Assembly: GCA_963749075.1 (NCBI GenBank)
Contig: CAVVLJ010000004.1
Location: forward strand, 224,001 to 288,000
Reading direction: 5' to 3'
Length of the DNA: 64,000 nucleotides
DNA from: an uncultured Pseudomonadota bacterium
Lineage (GTDB): Bacteria; Pseudomonadota; Alphaproteobacteria; JACZXZ01
Shown here: positions 22,355 to 31,834 of the stretch, piece after piece
How the letters are laid out: each line of letters begins with the position of its first letter
Position numbering within the stretch: the first letter of the stretch is position 1
Made by a program: the position numbers and the translations under genes
Notes under the pieces: generated by a model
Database searches by the model: none
Told to the model about the DNA's origin: nothing
Seen by the model: only the letters and a program-made list of their open reading frames with translations

Positions 22355-22843
22355 GTGGCCCAGGTCTTCTTCGAGGACGTTGAGGTGGGCGACGCCATCC
22401 CCGAGGTCGTCAAGGGCCCGATGACGACCGCGCACATCATGCGCTGGTCGGCCGCCATGGAGAACTGGCACCGCATCCACTACGACTGGCGCTACGCCAC
22501 CGGCCACGACAAGCTGCCCGACGTGGTGGTGAACGGCTCGTGGAAGCAGCACGTCATGATCCAGCTCGTGGCCGGCTGGGCCGGCGAGGCCGGCTGGCCG
22601 TGGAAGCTCCGCTTCCAGTTCCGCGCCATGAACGTCCCCGGCGAGACGCTCACCGCCTGGGGCCGCGTTAGGGCCAAGACCGCGCGCGGCGCCTACGGCG
22701 TCGTCGAGCTCGAGATCGGCTTGAGAAACGAGAAGGGCGAGGAGGGCACGCCCGGCACTGCGACCGTGGTCTTGCCCCGGCGCAACGGCCCGCCCGTGCC
22801 CTACCCCTTCGACCCGCGCGTGCTCGAGGTGAAGGCGAGGTGA
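22355..22843 (+). CDS. MaoC-family dehydratase subunit
   Basis: [19 protein letters not shown]...A...[16 protein letters not shown]. Confidence 0.82.
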   Translation: MAQVFFEDVEVGDAIPEVVKGPMTTAHIMRWSAAMENWHRIHYDWRYATGHDKLPDVVVNGSWKQHVMIQLVAGWAGEAGWPWKLRFQFRAMNVPGETLTAWGRVRAKTARGAYGVVELEIGLRNEKGEEGTPGTATVVLPRRNGPPVPYPFDPRVLEVKAR

Positions 22844-22868
22844 GCTAGCGGATCGTCGGCAGGAAGGC

Positions 22869-24251
22869 TCATCTCTTCCAGATCTCCTGCCATGCCGCAA
22901 AGTCGGACGGCCTGATCTGGTATCGTGCGAAGTTTCCCTCGTGCAGGCTCATAAGTTCGCTCTCGGCAGTCTCTTGGAACCGCTCGCGCTCCCCAGGATC
23001 GACGTGCTCGCGCGTCCACGCCGCGACATGCTTCGCGGCCTCATTCTTGTCCATGCGTCCGCGGACAACCCCACCGACGACTTCGCGTAGCGCTGTGCGA
23101 TGCCGCAGCCGGAAGGGATCGGGTTCCCCTAGCGACTGCCGGACCGCCGCGTAACGTGCAGCGGACCGCTCATAGGCCCAGATGAACACGTCGTGCAGCA
23201 ATGCAATCCGGTTCAGTTCGTAGACCCCAAGCACAGCGTCGGTATAAGCGCCGCGCGGCACGCCCTCGAACGAAAGCGGGGAGAGGTTGCCCTTGATCAG
23301 GGGAATGTTTGCCGAAAGGCGCGACACGCGTTTGTTGACGTCGTCGAACGGTTGCAAATAGGGAAGCTGCACCATCGCGAAAAAGGCCTGCTCGAACGGA
23401 TCGGCGATCGCCGAGGCCGTCGCGAGAATCTGGTCGAAGCATTCTTCGATGAGCTGCGGTACTTCCAGTGGATGAAAGACCGAACGCTCGATGCCGACGC
23501 CGATATGCCGAAGCCGGCCCACTGCCTCGGGATCGGCGAGCAGGTTGTTGGCAAGCAGCGCGTGCAGGTTGAGGATCGTGTAGCGGTTGAAGCCGATCTC
23601 CTCCGCCGTGCCGACCAGAAACTCGATCGCGTCCTTGTGGTTGAGGATCATCTGCGCTTCGATACCTGCCTTCCCTCCCGCCTCCTCGCCAAGCTCGATT
23701 AGGCGCTTGGTGTCGAGCAGCGAATAGGTGTTGCCCTCGAGACGGCTTGAATTCCAAGACAGGTCGATCAATAGCCGGCTCAAAATCCGCTTGGCATATG
23801 TGCCGGCAGGCTGTTCGGGTGTCTTGGGCGTGCCGGTTTCGCGAAGGTGCGCGCGCTCGGCCGGCGACAGATAGAAGGTTTCATTGGGCCGGTACGAATC
23901 GAGGAATGCGCGGTTATAGCCGACCGGCTTGCGCGTCTCGACGGGCTTGCGGACATATTCCTCGATCTCGGCGCCCGACTTGGAGAGCGGCAGCCGGGCT
24001 TCGCCCTCTGCCTTGGCTTGCCCGCTCCCCACATCCGCGATGCGGGGCATGTGGTAGCGCGCCCAGCGTCCCTCGCCCTTCATGACCAGTCGCTTACTGT
24101 CGACGAGAGACTTGAGGCGGTATTGCAGGGTCCGGCGCGGAGGCGCGGATTTCAGCGCGTCGGCGACCTCCGGCGCGGTCATCCCCTCGGGATGGCGTCG
24201 CACGGTCTCCTCAATCGCTTGCAAATCGTCTTCCTGGATGCGCCTTGCCAC
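22869..24251 (-). CDS. Fic family protein with N-terminal HTH
   Basis: Inhibitory-type motif SSRLEGN; Fic motif variant LQPFDDVNKRVSR; lower GC than neighbours. Confidence 0.9.
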   Translation of the reverse strand: MARRIQEDDLQAIEETVRRHPEGMTAPEVADALKSAPPRRTLQYRLKSLVDSKRLVMKGEGRWARYHMPRIADVGSGQAKAEGEARLPLSKSGAEIEEYVRKPVETRKPVGYNRAFLDSYRPNETFYLSPAERAHLRETGTPKTPEQPAGTYAKRILSRLLIDLSWNSSRLEGNTYSLLDTKRLIELGEEAGGKAGIEAQMILNHKDAIEFLVGTAEEIGFNRYTILNLHALLANNLLADPEAVGRLRHIGVGIERSVFHPLEVPQLIEECFDQILATASAIADPFEQAFFAMVQLPYLQPFDDVNKRVSRLSANIPLIKGNLSPLSFEGVPRGAYTDAVLGVYELNRIALLHDVFIWAYERSAARYAAVRQSLGEPDPFRLRHRTALREVVGGVVRGRMDKNEAAKHVAAWTREHVDPGERERFQETAESELMSLHEGNFARYQIRPSDFAAWQEIWKR

Positions 24252-24315
24252 CTCGCCTCTCTTTGTTGCGCGGAGACACCCTATGCGCAATTTATCTGAT
24301 TTAGACGCAGTTATC

Positions 24316-24349
24316 AAGGCTACGCGCAACAATTATTGCGCGTAGCCTT
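24316..24349. promoter_or_regulatory. Perfect 14-bp inverted repeat upstream of fic (putative operator)
   Basis: AAGGCTACGCGCAA-caatta-TTGCGCGTAGCCTT in an AT-rich upstream region. Confidence 0.55.
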
Positions 24350-24502
24350 ACTATGTTGCGCATAAAGTCTGGCCCGTCGTCCGGCCGCATGCACAGGTCT
24401 CGCGGATGCTTGCAGGACCCACCGCCCGTGGTCCGAGGCACCTATGCATTGCGCGGCATCGTGATTTGCCGCTGATCCTCGCGCCTTTGCGAGCCCCGTG
24501 GC

Positions 24503-25441
24503 TCACTTCACTTTCGGCGCATCCGCCTGCGCCACGAGGGCGGCGATTCCCCCGGCGGCGTTCTGCGCCACGGCGGAGGCGATCTCGCCCCACACGCGCT
24601 CGAGGATGCGGGTGGGCACGTTGTTCTCCTGGCTCACCTCGCCGACCACCTGGCCGTCCTGGCGCTTCACGGTCCATGACACCTTGACGTGCTGGTGGTC
24701 CTCGTCGAGCCGCGAGGTCGCGACCGTGCCGTCGAGCAGCAGGCTGTCCGCCGCCTTCTTCTCGACCACCCGCACGTTGGCCACCTTGAGGGCATATTCG
24801 ATGGTGCGGCGGAGCGCCACGTCGCCGTCGCCCGAGGGCGCTCCCTTGATGGCGGCGACGAGGAGGCTGCGTCCGCGCCCTGCTGCCCTCGCGGCATTCT
24901 CCGCCAGCGCCGCCGCCGCCGTGCCATCGGACGGCACCGGTGCATCGCCCTCGATGCCTTTGACCACGGTCTCCGCCGGCTCGCGCGCAAGCTCGGCTAA
25001 GAACCTCGCGCGCGTGACGGGTGCCGCGAGATCGCCGAGGATGGGAAGCCGCTGGCTGTAGCGGGCGACGAGCTCGCCGTGCTCGCCGCGCACCTCCCAG
25101 ATCACCGAGGGCTGCATCGTGAGCTCCGCCTCCGGCGGCGGTGCGACGAAGCGCCCGCCCACGCTGTAGATCACCCGGCGCCGCCCGCCGTCGCCCACCG
25201 CGACCAGGAGGTTGCGCTTGGCGAGCGACTGGGCCATGGCATCGGCGAGCAGGCGGCCGAGCGAGGGCGGCAGGCCCGCGACCGGCGTCACCGCGACGAC
25301 GGGCGCCTTGAGTGCGGGATCGCCGATCTGGGCGGGGAGCGGCTTCGTCAAGGGGCGGAAGGGCCGCGGCTCGTCGATGCAGCCGGCCAAGGCGGCCGCC
25401 GCGAGGAGAAGGAGCGGGACGAGCGCTTTCCTAGGTGGCAC
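24503..25441 (-). CDS. Hypothetical lipoprotein
   Basis: Lipobox LAGC after a hydrophobic leader; C-terminal domain with V.Q.N.VP...W pattern. Confidence 0.75.
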   Translation of the reverse strand: MPPRKALVPLLLLAAAALAGCIDEPRPFRPLTKPLPAQIGDPALKAPVVAVTPVAGLPPSLGRLLADAMAQSLAKRNLLVAVGDGGRRRVIYSVGGRFVAPPPEAELTMQPSVIWEVRGEHGELVARYSQRLPILGDLAAPVTRARFLAELAREPAETVVKGIEGDAPVPSDGTAAAALAENAARAAGRGRSLLVAAIKGAPSGDGDVALRRTIEYALKVANVRVVEKKAADSLLLDGTVATSRLDEDHQHVKVSWTVKRQDGQVVGEVSQENNVPTRILERVWGEIASAVAQNAAGGIAALVAQADAPKVK

Positions 25442-25508
25442 AGCTCACCAGCAGGGCGATGACGAGGGCGAGTGCCATGAAGCCGGTCAGCATGACGAGG
25501 TGCGGCAT
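25431..25508 (-). CDS. Putative 25-aa hydrophobic small protein
   Basis: MPHLVMLTGFMALALVIALLVSCAT*; GC3-rich codons; GGAG upstream. Confidence 0.4.
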   Translation of the reverse strand: MPHLVMLTGFMALALVIALLVSCAT

Positions 25509-25527
25509 GGCCCGGCACTCCGCGGCG

Positions 25528-26679
25528 CTATTTCACCACCAGCTCGAGCGGCGCCTTGCTCAGCACCTCGGCGCCGGCCGCCGTCACCTCCGAGGTACGG
25601 CCGAGCGTCATGGCGAGCCCGCTCTCGCTGTTCAAGACGATCATGTGGAGGAAGAAGACCATGCCGGGCTCCACGATCTCGGGATTGTCCTGGTAGAACA
25701 TCGGCCAGTCCATCCAGTTGGGCGAGAAGGTGGTGCCGAGGCTGTAGCCGCAGGCATTGAGGCGGTGCGCGCGGTAGCCGGCACCATCGAGCACGCGGGC
25801 GTGCGCCTCGAACACCTCGCCCATCGGCCGTCCCGGCAGAAGCGCCTCCTCGCAGGCGAGAAGCGCCTCGGCCGCCACCTTGTGCATCTCGCGCTGGGCG
25901 GGCGGGCAGGCTCCTACGCGGAGCGTGCGCATCAGGCAGGCATGGTAGTGGCGGTAGACGCCGGCGAACTCGAGGGTGAGCTGGTCCTCCCGGCCGAGCT
26001 TGCGGCGGCCGGAATAATAGCGGCAGAGGAGGGCGTCGCTTCCCGAGCCGATGATGTACTCGTTGGCCGGATAGTCGCCGCCGCCGGCAAAGACCGCACC
26101 CTGCATGGCGGCGAGGATGTCGCCCTCGAAGGCGCCGGGTGCGGCCAGGCGCACCGCCTCGGCCCAGGCGGCGTCCGCGAGCTCGGCGCCGCGCCGCACG
26201 TAAGCGAGCTCGGCGGCACTCTTCACCACGCGCAAGCGGCTCACCAAGTCCGAGGCGTCGTCGAGCGTGGCAAAGCCCTCGAGCGCCGCCGCGAGGCGGC
26301 GGCCGTTCCGCGCCGTGAGCCCATAGGCCTCCCACTCGACGCCGAGCCGCTTTCCCTTGGAGCCGTGCTCCTCGAGGATGCTCTTCAGCTCGCGCGCCGG
26401 CTCGGCGTCGGGCGCATCGACCCAGATGCGGATGTCCTCGATGACCGAGGTGTGCTGCGCCTGGCGCAGGTCGGGTGCGCGGGTCAAGAGCGTCATGCGG
26501 CCGTCGGCGCCGAGATAGAGGCACTGGAAGAAGACGTAGCCGAAGCTGTCGTAGCCGGTGAGGTAGTACATGCTCTCCTGGCGGAACATCAGGAGCCCGT
26601 CGAGCCCGCGCTTGGCCATGGCGGCAACCGCGCGCACCCTGCGCCCCTTGAGCTCGGCCCGCTCGAAATGGATCGCCAT
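25528..26679 (-). CDS. M24 family Xaa-Pro peptidase / creatinase-like (DoeA/EutD-like) hydrolase
   Basis: QESMYYLTGYD, RVVKSAAELAY, EFAGVYRHYHA.LMRT, GYSLG. Confidence 0.85.
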   Translation of the reverse strand: MAIHFERAELKGRRVRAVAAMAKRGLDGLLMFRQESMYYLTGYDSFGYVFFQCLYLGADGRMTLLTRAPDLRQAQHTSVIEDIRIWVDAPDAEPARELKSILEEHGSKGKRLGVEWEAYGLTARNGRRLAAALEGFATLDDASDLVSRLRVVKSAAELAYVRRGAELADAAWAEAVRLAAPGAFEGDILAAMQGAVFAGGGDYPANEYIIGSGSDALLCRYYSGRRKLGREDQLTLEFAGVYRHYHACLMRTLRVGACPPAQREMHKVAAEALLACEEALLPGRPMGEVFEAHARVLDGAGYRAHRLNACGYSLGTTFSPNWMDWPMFYQDNPEIVEPGMVFFLHMIVLNSESGLAMTLGRTSEVTAAGAEVLSKAPLELVVK

Positions 26680-26693
26680 CGTCCCCGTCCTGC

Positions 26694-27473
26694 CTAGGCG
26701 AGTGCTATCGCCGAGAGTGCCCGCCCGTAATCCTTGACGCCCTCGTGGCTGTTGCGCCGGTAGCTGAAGAAGAGCTCCGGCGCCGCGTAGGTGTCGTGGC
26801 CGAGCCGATCGACGGCGGCGAGCCCGAGGTGCTCCAGCCGCTTCGCCACATAGGCCTCTAGGTCGAACATGTAATGGCCGGGCCGCTCGGCCGGCCGGAA
26901 GAAGGCGCCGTTCGCCGCATCCTCGTCGAGGAAGGGCGAGGGGAACTCCGTGCCGACCTCGTAGGAAGAGGCGGCGATGCAGGGGCCGATGGCGGCGCGG
27001 ATGCGCGTTGGCCTGGCGCCCTCGGCCACCATGGCCGCGACCGTCGCCTCGAGGATGCCGCCGAGTGCGCCGCGCCAGCCGGCGTGGGCGGCACCCGCCA
27101 CGCCGCCTTCGGCATCGGCGAGCAGCACGGGCGCGCAATCGGCGGCGAGCACGCCCAACGCCAGGCCGCGCCGGCGCGTCACCAGGCCGTCGACCTCGGG
27201 GCGGGCATCCGGCGGCAAGGGTGCCTCGAGCACCTCGACGCGCGCGGAATGCACCTGGTAGGCGGTCGCCAGCGCCTCGCCCGCGAGTGCCAGGGCCGCC
27301 ATGGCACGCGCGCGGTTCTCGCGCACGTCGGCGATGTCGTCGCCCGAGCCCAGGCCGCAGTTGAGCGAGGCATAGATGCCGCGCGAGACGCCGCCCTGGC
27401 GGGTGAAGAAGCCGTGCCGCACGCCGTCCAAGGCGGCGAGTGCTGCACTTTCCAAGGCGGGAGCGGGCGTCAT
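26694..27473 (-). CDS. pgeF: Peptidoglycan editing factor PgeF (YfiH)
   Basis: HGFFTRQGGVS, QVHS, ADCAPVL, HAGWRG, FFSYRR. Confidence 0.93.
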   Translation of the reverse strand: MTPAPALESAALAALDGVRHGFFTRQGGVSRGIYASLNCGLGSGDDIADVRENRARAMAALALAGEALATAYQVHSARVEVLEAPLPPDARPEVDGLVTRRRGLALGVLAADCAPVLLADAEGGVAGAAHAGWRGALGGILEATVAAMVAEGARPTRIRAAIGPCIAASSYEVGTEFPSPFLDEDAANGAFFRPAERPGHYMFDLEAYVAKRLEHLGLAAVDRLGHDTYAAPELFFSYRRNSHEGVKDYGRALSAIALA

Positions 27474-28561
27474 TGCACCTCTCTGAACCCGGAGGGCACC
27501 GGCAGGGCCGGATGGGCCACGGCAAGCGCCTTGTAGAGGGTGCCCATTTCCTCGGGGCCGATCAAGCGCCTGAGCGCCTGGCGGATCTCCTCGGCCTGCT
27601 CGGCGGTGGCGGAGCGGGTGAGCTGATCGGCGCGGCCGAGGATGCCGAGCTCGACGAGGAAGCGGCCTTGCTCGACGGGTCCGTAGACGCGAGCTCCCGC
27701 CTCGGCTGCCGTGCGGGCGAGGCCGGCGAAGTCGACGTGCGCGGTGAGATCGGCGCTCCCCGGTGCCGTGAGCGCATCGTGCCGCCGGTGGCCGCGCAGC
27801 GCCTGGAGCGTCGAGCCGAGGCTGCCGCCAACGCGGCCGTAATCGATGAAGAGGGCGACGCCGCCTTCGCTCGCGAGGCGCCGGGCGACGTTGCCCACGA
27901 GGCTGATGGCGGCCGGCGACAGCTCGGCGATGGAGCCCAAGGGCGCCGCGCGCTCCTCGCCGGTGAGCAGCATGGCGGCAGCCGCCGGCCGCGAGGCAAG
28001 GGTGAAGCGGAAGGAGCCGTCCGCGGGCTCGTAGTCGACAAGCCGCTCGCGCCAGCCCGCGGCCGTGCGCTCGAGCTGGAGGATGGGGAGCGCATCGAGG
28101 AACTCGTTGGCGAGGAGGATGGCCGGCCCCTCGGGCAGCGCTGCGAAATCCCGGTGCCAAGCGACCGTATGCCCGGCGAGCCGGGCGCGCTGCATCTCGG
28201 CGAGCCGGGCGCTCGCCTCGACGAGGTGGACCTGCGCCGCCGCGAGGAAGTCCGGCCGCAGGCGGAGTGCGCGCAGCGCGTCCGCCATCATGAGGCCGCG
28301 CCCTGGGCCGAGCTCGACGAGATGGACGGCTCCGGGCCGGCCCATGAGGTCCCAGGCGGCAGCACTCCAGAGGCCGAGGAGCTCGCCGAACATCTGGCTG
28401 ATCTCGGGTGCCGTCACATAGTCGCCGGCGGCACCCAAGACCGGGCTCCGGGCGTAATAGCCCTCCTGCGGGTGCCACAGCGCCTCGGTCATGAACTCGG
28501 CCAGGCTGAGCGGGCCCTTGCGGCGGATGAGCCGTGCCAGATGCCCGCCGGCAGCGCTCAC
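27470..28561 (-). CDS. MidA/NDUFAF7-family SAM-dependent methyltransferase
   Basis: GDYVTAPEISQMFGE, VELGPGRG, ANEFLDALP, DLTAHVDF. Confidence 0.92.
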   Translation of the reverse strand: MSAAGGHLARLIRRKGPLSLAEFMTEALWHPQEGYYARSPVLGAAGDYVTAPEISQMFGELLGLWSAAAWDLMGRPGAVHLVELGPGRGLMMADALRALRLRPDFLAAAQVHLVEASARLAEMQRARLAGHTVAWHRDFAALPEGPAILLANEFLDALPILQLERTAAGWRERLVDYEPADGSFRFTLASRPAAAAMLLTGEERAAPLGSIAELSPAAISLVGNVARRLASEGGVALFIDYGRVGGSLGSTLQALRGHRRHDALTAPGSADLTAHVDFAGLARTAAEAGARVYGPVEQGRFLVELGILGRADQLTRSATAEQAEEIRQALRRLIGPEEMGTLYKALAVAHPALPVPSGFREVQ

Positions 28562-29358
28562 GGCCCCGGCCGGGCGGAAAGCGGCTTTGAGCGCCACGCC
28601 AGCCACGCGCCGGCGAGGATGAGGGGGATCGAGTAGAGCTGCCCGGCGGTGGTGCCGAAGGCGAGGAAGCCCATGAAGGAGTCCGGCTCGCGGAAGAACT
28701 CGCCGACGATGCGCGCGATGCCGTAGCCCATGAGAAAGACGCCGGCAAGGAAGCCGGGCCGCTCGCGCCAGCCCATGCGCCGCAGCACGAAGAGAAGGAT
28801 GAAGAGGACGACGCCTTCGAGGAGCGCCTCGTAGAGCTGGCTCGGATGGCGCGGCTCGGGGCCGCCGCGGGGAAAGATCATGGCCCAGGGCAGATCGCTC
28901 GGGCGGCCGAAGAGCTCGCCGTTCGCGAAATTGGCGAGGCGGCCGAAGAAGAGCCCGATCGGCACCGCGCAGACCACCGCATCGCCCACCATGAGGAAGG
29001 AGAGCTTGTCGTGGCGCGCGAAGAGGACGAGCGCCGTGATGACGCCGATGAGGCCGCCGTGGAACGACATGCCGCCGTGCCACAGCTCGAGGACCTCCAT
29101 GGGATGGGCGAGGTAATAGCTCGGCTGATAGAAGAGGATGTAGCCGAGCCGGCCGCCCAGCACGATGCCGAACGTGCACCACACGACGAGGTCGTCGCAT
29201 TGCTCGCCGCTCATCGCCTTGGGCGGGCTCGCGGCGATGCGGCGCACGTGGCGCCAGCCGATGAGGATGCCGACGATGTAGGCCAGCGCGTACCAGCGGA
29301 TGGCGAGTGGGCCGATGCGCAGCGCTACGGGATCGATGTCGGGAAAGTGGAGTGCCAT
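28558..29358 (-). CDS. lgt: Prolipoprotein diacylglyceryl transferase
   Basis: IRWY, GGRLGY, GGMSFHGG, GRLANF.NGEL.GR, HPSQLYE. Confidence 0.97.
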   Translation of the reverse strand: MALHFPDIDPVALRIGPLAIRWYALAYIVGILIGWRHVRRIAASPPKAMSGEQCDDLVVWCTFGIVLGGRLGYILFYQPSYYLAHPMEVLELWHGGMSFHGGLIGVITALVLFARHDKLSFLMVGDAVVCAVPIGLFFGRLANFANGELFGRPSDLPWAMIFPRGGPEPRHPSQLYEALLEGVVLFILLFVLRRMGWRERPGFLAGVFLMGYGIARIVGEFFREPDSFMGFLAFGTTAGQLYSIPLILAGAWLAWRSKPLSARPGP

Positions 29359-29403
29359 CGGCGGTCGCTCGCGTCCTTGCGCGTCAGGGGTCCTTCGGGA
29401 AGC

Positions 29404-30387
29404 TCAGAGATAGGGATCGGCGGTCTCGAGGAAGTCCTTCACGTAACGAGAAACGCCCTCCTCGAGCCCGGTCATGGGCCGCTCGTAGCCCGCGCGCCGG
29501 AGCCGCGCCATCTTGGCCTCGGTGTAATACTGGTAGCGGCTGCGGATGTCGACCGGCGTATCGACGTAGGCGAGCGCCGGCTCGCGGCCGAGCGCGGCGA
29601 ACACGGCCGCCGCCAGATCGGCGAAGCTGCGCGCCTTGCCGGTGCCGAGGTTGAAGAGGCCGCTCACCTCGCCATGGTCGTAGAGCCATATCATGACGTT
29701 GACGCAGTCGCCGACCCAGATGAAGTCGCGGAGCTGGCCGCCGTCGGCGTAGTGCGGATTGTGCGAGCGGAAGAGGAGCGCCGGCTCGCCCGCCGCCGCG
29801 CGCTCGTGAACCTGCTTGGCCACGCTGCGCATGGCGCCCTTGTGGTACTCGTTGGGGCCGTAGACGTTGAAGAAGCGGAAGCCGGCCCATTGCGGCGGCG
29901 TGCGGCCGCCCTCGTTCGCGGCGCGCGCGGCGTGGCGATCGAAGAGCAGCTTGCTCCAGCCGTAGGGATTGAGCGGCCTGAGCCTTGCCAGCGCCTCGGC
30001 TGCCGTGTCGTCGTCGAAGCCGGCGCTGCCGTCGCCGTAGACGGCGGCCGAGGAGGCGTAAAAGAAGCGCGCGCCATGCTCCGCACTCCACTGCCACAGC
30101 ATCTGGGAGAGCGTGAAGTTGGTGGCGACGACAAGATCGGCATCGCGCTCGGTGGTCGCCGATATGGCGCCCAGATGGAAGATGGCCTCGAGCCGGCCGC
30201 GCGTGCGCTCGAGGAAGGGCTGCAGCTCCTCCGGCCGGACGATGGCGGCGAGGCGGCGCTTGGCGAGGTTGCGCCACTTGTCGCCGCTGCCCAGGCGGTC
30301 GCACACGGCAAGCTCGCTGCCGCGCGCGTCGAGCGCTGCAACGAGGTTCGAGCCGATGAAGCCGGCGCCGCCGGTAACGAGGATCAT
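29404..30387 (-). CDS. rfaD: ADP-L-glycero-D-manno-heptose 6-epimerase
   Basis: VTGGAGFIGSN, YASSAA.YG, PLNPYGWSK, FFNVYGPNE.HKG.M.S. Confidence 0.93.
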   Translation of the reverse strand: MILVTGGAGFIGSNLVAALDARGSELAVCDRLGSGDKWRNLAKRRLAAIVRPEELQPFLERTRGRLEAIFHLGAISATTERDADLVVATNFTLSQMLWQWSAEHGARFFYASSAAVYGDGSAGFDDDTAAEALARLRPLNPYGWSKLLFDRHAARAANEGGRTPPQWAGFRFFNVYGPNEYHKGAMRSVAKQVHERAAAGEPALLFRSHNPHYADGGQLRDFIWVGDCVNVMIWLYDHGEVSGLFNLGTGKARSFADLAAAVFAALGREPALAYVDTPVDIRSRYQYYTEAKMARLRRAGYERPMTGLEEGVSRYVKDFLETADPYL

Positions 30388-30570
30388 GGCGCTCTCTCGC
30401 GCGCAAGTCCGCTGCCGCAGCCGGCCCTCGCGCGCGACCCCTTATAGGGTCGGCCGGCGGGGCTCGCAAGGAGCTGGCGACGGCCGCTGCCGAGAGGGGG
30501 CGTTGCCGGCCGGCGGCGCCGGGACCATACTGCCGCCGCCAAGCCACGCTGCGATCGGAGGAGCCTCGGC

Positions 30571-30861
30571 ATGCAGCTCGACAACCGCATCATCGACGAT
30601 CTGGCACGCTTGGCGAGCGGGGCGCTCGGCTCGCTCGCCGGCCTCAAGGAGGAGCTCGACGCCCTGGTGCGCCAGCGCCTGGAGCGCCTCCTAGCCGACA
30701 TGGAACTCGTGCGCCGCGACGAGTTCGAGGCAGTGAAGGCGCTCGCCGCCAATGCGCGCGCCGCCCAGGAGGACCTCGAAAAGCGCGTCGCGGAGCTCGA
30801 GAAAGCCCTGGCGGAGGTCCGGTCGGCCGGCAACGAGGCGGGGGAGAGCCACAAGGTCTAG
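30571..30861 (+). CDS. ubiK: UbiK-family accessory factor
   Basis: DDLARL..GA, LVRRDEFEAV, C-terminal coiled coil. Confidence 0.85.
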   Translation: MQLDNRIIDDLARLASGALGSLAGLKEELDALVRQRLERLLADMELVRRDEFEAVKALAANARAAQEDLEKRVAELEKALAEVRSAGNEAGESHKV

Positions 30862-31107
30862 CTCTCCCCGCCCCTTTTTTGGCGCCTGCCTACAAGCTGT
30901 TGCGGTTTACACTAGCCCTTGGAGACTGAAACAAAGAAATAACAATATGTTGAAAATGCCTTCTTGAAGTTCGACGCTAAATTTGTCAGGCTACCGCGCA
31001 TGGTAGGCCGAGGTCGCGACTCCTACAATTCCTAGCCCAAGCGCGGAACCAGCCCCGCCGTGGCGATGTCGCGGCCGTCGGACGCCTGTTGGACAGGAGG
31101 GCGCTAG

Positions 31108-31611
31108 ATGTCGACCCGTATCGCCGAAGCCGAAGGCTCCCTACCGAACCCCTTGGACCTCGTCGAGGAGATCGTCAGCGCCCATGACTGGCCGTTCGAC
31201 CGCTGCAGCACGGACGAGATGGTCGTGGACATCACCGGGCAGTGGTGCGACTACCACCTGCATTTCGCCTGGCTCGAGGACCTGAGCGCCATGCACTTCT
31301 CCTGCGCCCTCGACATGAAGGTGCCGCGGGCCAAGCGTCCGCCCATCCACGAGCTCCTCTCCCTCATCAACGAGAAGCTGTGGCTCGGCCATTTCGACGT
31401 CTCCGAGGAGGACGGCATGCCGATCTTCCGCCACACCTCGCTCCTGCGCGGCGCCAACGGGCCGAGCGTCGAGCAGCTCGAGGACCTCGTCGACATCGCC
31501 ATCACCGAGTGCGAGCGCTTCTATCCCGCCTTCCAGTTCGTGGTGTGGGGCGGCAAGACGCCGAAGGAGGGCCTCGGCGCCGCCATGCTCGATACCGTCG
31601 GCGAGGCGTAG
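31108..31611 (+). CDS. YbjN-domain (DUF1790) protein
   Basis: NPLD.VE....DW.F.R, G.WCDY, INE.LWLGHFD, CERFYPAFQFV.W. Confidence 0.88.
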   Translation: MSTRIAEAEGSLPNPLDLVEEIVSAHDWPFDRCSTDEMVVDITGQWCDYHLHFAWLEDLSAMHFSCALDMKVPRAKRPPIHELLSLINEKLWLGHFDVSEEDGMPIFRHTSLLRGANGPSVEQLEDLVDIAITECERFYPAFQFVVWGGKTPKEGLGAAMLDTVGEA

Positions 31612-31632
31612 GTTCCGTCTGCATGCTCGCAT

Positions 31633-31740
31633 GATGCACCCCCCTCCCTACCCTCCCCCTCAAGGGGGGAGGGGATGCGACCGGGCTTAAAAACTTCCCC
31701 CTCCCCCTTGAAGGGGGAGGGTTGGGGTGGGAGTGACGCT
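31633..31740. repeat. REP/BIME-like G-rich palindromic doublet, copy 4
   Basis: GATGCACCCCCCTCCCTACCCTCCCCCTCAAGGGGGGAGGGG...CCCCTCCCCCTTGAAGGGGGAGGGTTGGGGTGGGAGTGACGCT. Confidence 0.88.
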
Positions 31741-31834
31741 CAGATTAGCGAGAGCTGGCAATAGCGCCAGAGAGTGCGCCCAACCCCCGACAGTACCCTC
31801 GCCAAAGGAGCCGGACGCGGGATAAGCTCCGGCG

